A stretch of 32,000 nucleotides of DNA from Candidatus Nitrosopumilus koreensis AR1 (GTDB taxonomy: Archaea > Thermoproteota > Nitrososphaeria > Nitrososphaerales > Nitrosopumilaceae). The notes under the pieces were generated by a model, which saw only the letters and a program-made list of their open reading frames with translations, did not search any database and was not told the origin of the DNA. The position numbers were made by a program, and so were the translations under genes. Below, piece by piece: positions 31,892-32,000 of this stretch (position 1 is its first letter; each line of letters begins with the position of its first letter). The DNA is taken from NCBI RefSeq assembly GCF_000299365.1, contig NC_018655.1:1530001-1562000 (forward strand). Reading direction: 5' to 3'.

Positions 31892-32000
31892 TTGACAATC
31901 TCAGTAAATCTTGGTAAAAAACTTGTTTTGCTTGTCATGCTTGTAACAATGACTGCTTTAGGAGTCATATCTTACATGAGCATAGATTATTCCACTGAGA
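31892..32000 (+). CDS. 5' end of a membrane protein gene (possibly a sensor/signalling protein), truncated by the window edge
   Basis: The frame is open from 31874. TTG 31892 gives LTISVNLGKKLVLLVMLVTMTALGVISYMSIDYSTE, a basic N-terminus followed by a TM helix. A TATA-like atatttacataaaa lies about 25 nt upstream. Identity is not determinable from 36 codons. Confidence 0.35.
   Translation, partial: MTISVNLGKKLVLLVMLVTMTALGVISYMSIDYSTE

Noticed and set aside
1-32000. Scan for CRISPR arrays, IS elements or terminal inverted repeats, rRNA, and known defence or toxin-antitoxin modules.
   Set aside because: No regularly spaced repeats were seen beyond the two 16-mers at 30328-30363. No transposase or Cas-like translations appeared in any frame, and no rRNA-like conserved sequence was found.

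Overview
Densely coding, AT-rich archaeal chromosome segment. I call about 47 protein genes (5 of them short ORFs below the track's size cut-off) and 2 tRNAs. I found no rRNA, CRISPR array, transposase, integrase or recognisable defence or toxin module. The gene content includes glycerol-1-phosphate dehydrogenase, proteasome beta subunit, aCPSF1/FttA, PCNA, TFS, RNA polymerase subunit L, archaeal-type TyrRS and NMN adenylyltransferase, a membrane-anchored amicyanin-like cupredoxin, a PEFG-CTERM-like sorting signal, and bluB/cbiH. Many genes use GTG or TTG starts, TATA-like boxes sit about 25 nt upstream of start codons (leaderless mRNAs), and one tRNA carries a D-loop intron. Together these suggest a marine ammonia-oxidising thaumarchaeon (Nitrosopumilus-like); that taxonomic call is inference. 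The window looks like core genome, not an accessory island, and I see no clear novel multi-gene system. Items worth a second look: (1) the essential lipid gene egsA is broken by a -1 frame change inside an A AAA AAA U tract; (2) a soluble MtrA-like corrinoid-protein homologue is translationally coupled to a DegT aminotransferase; (3) a three-gene cassette of unknown function includes two tandem paralogous ~50-codon ORFs missing from the ORF track; (4) a 39-codon ORF with 8 Cys and 3 His sits in a long AT-rich spacer; (5) two 16-nt direct repeats with a palindromic core lie upstream of a ferredoxin promoter; (6) a RecA/KaiC-like protein with a degenerate P-loop sits next to a SufS-like protein that lacks the catalytic Cys; (7) a SepF-like gene is present in a lineage thought to divide with Cdv. 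All calls come from reading the translations and hand-folding the RNAs; no database search was run.
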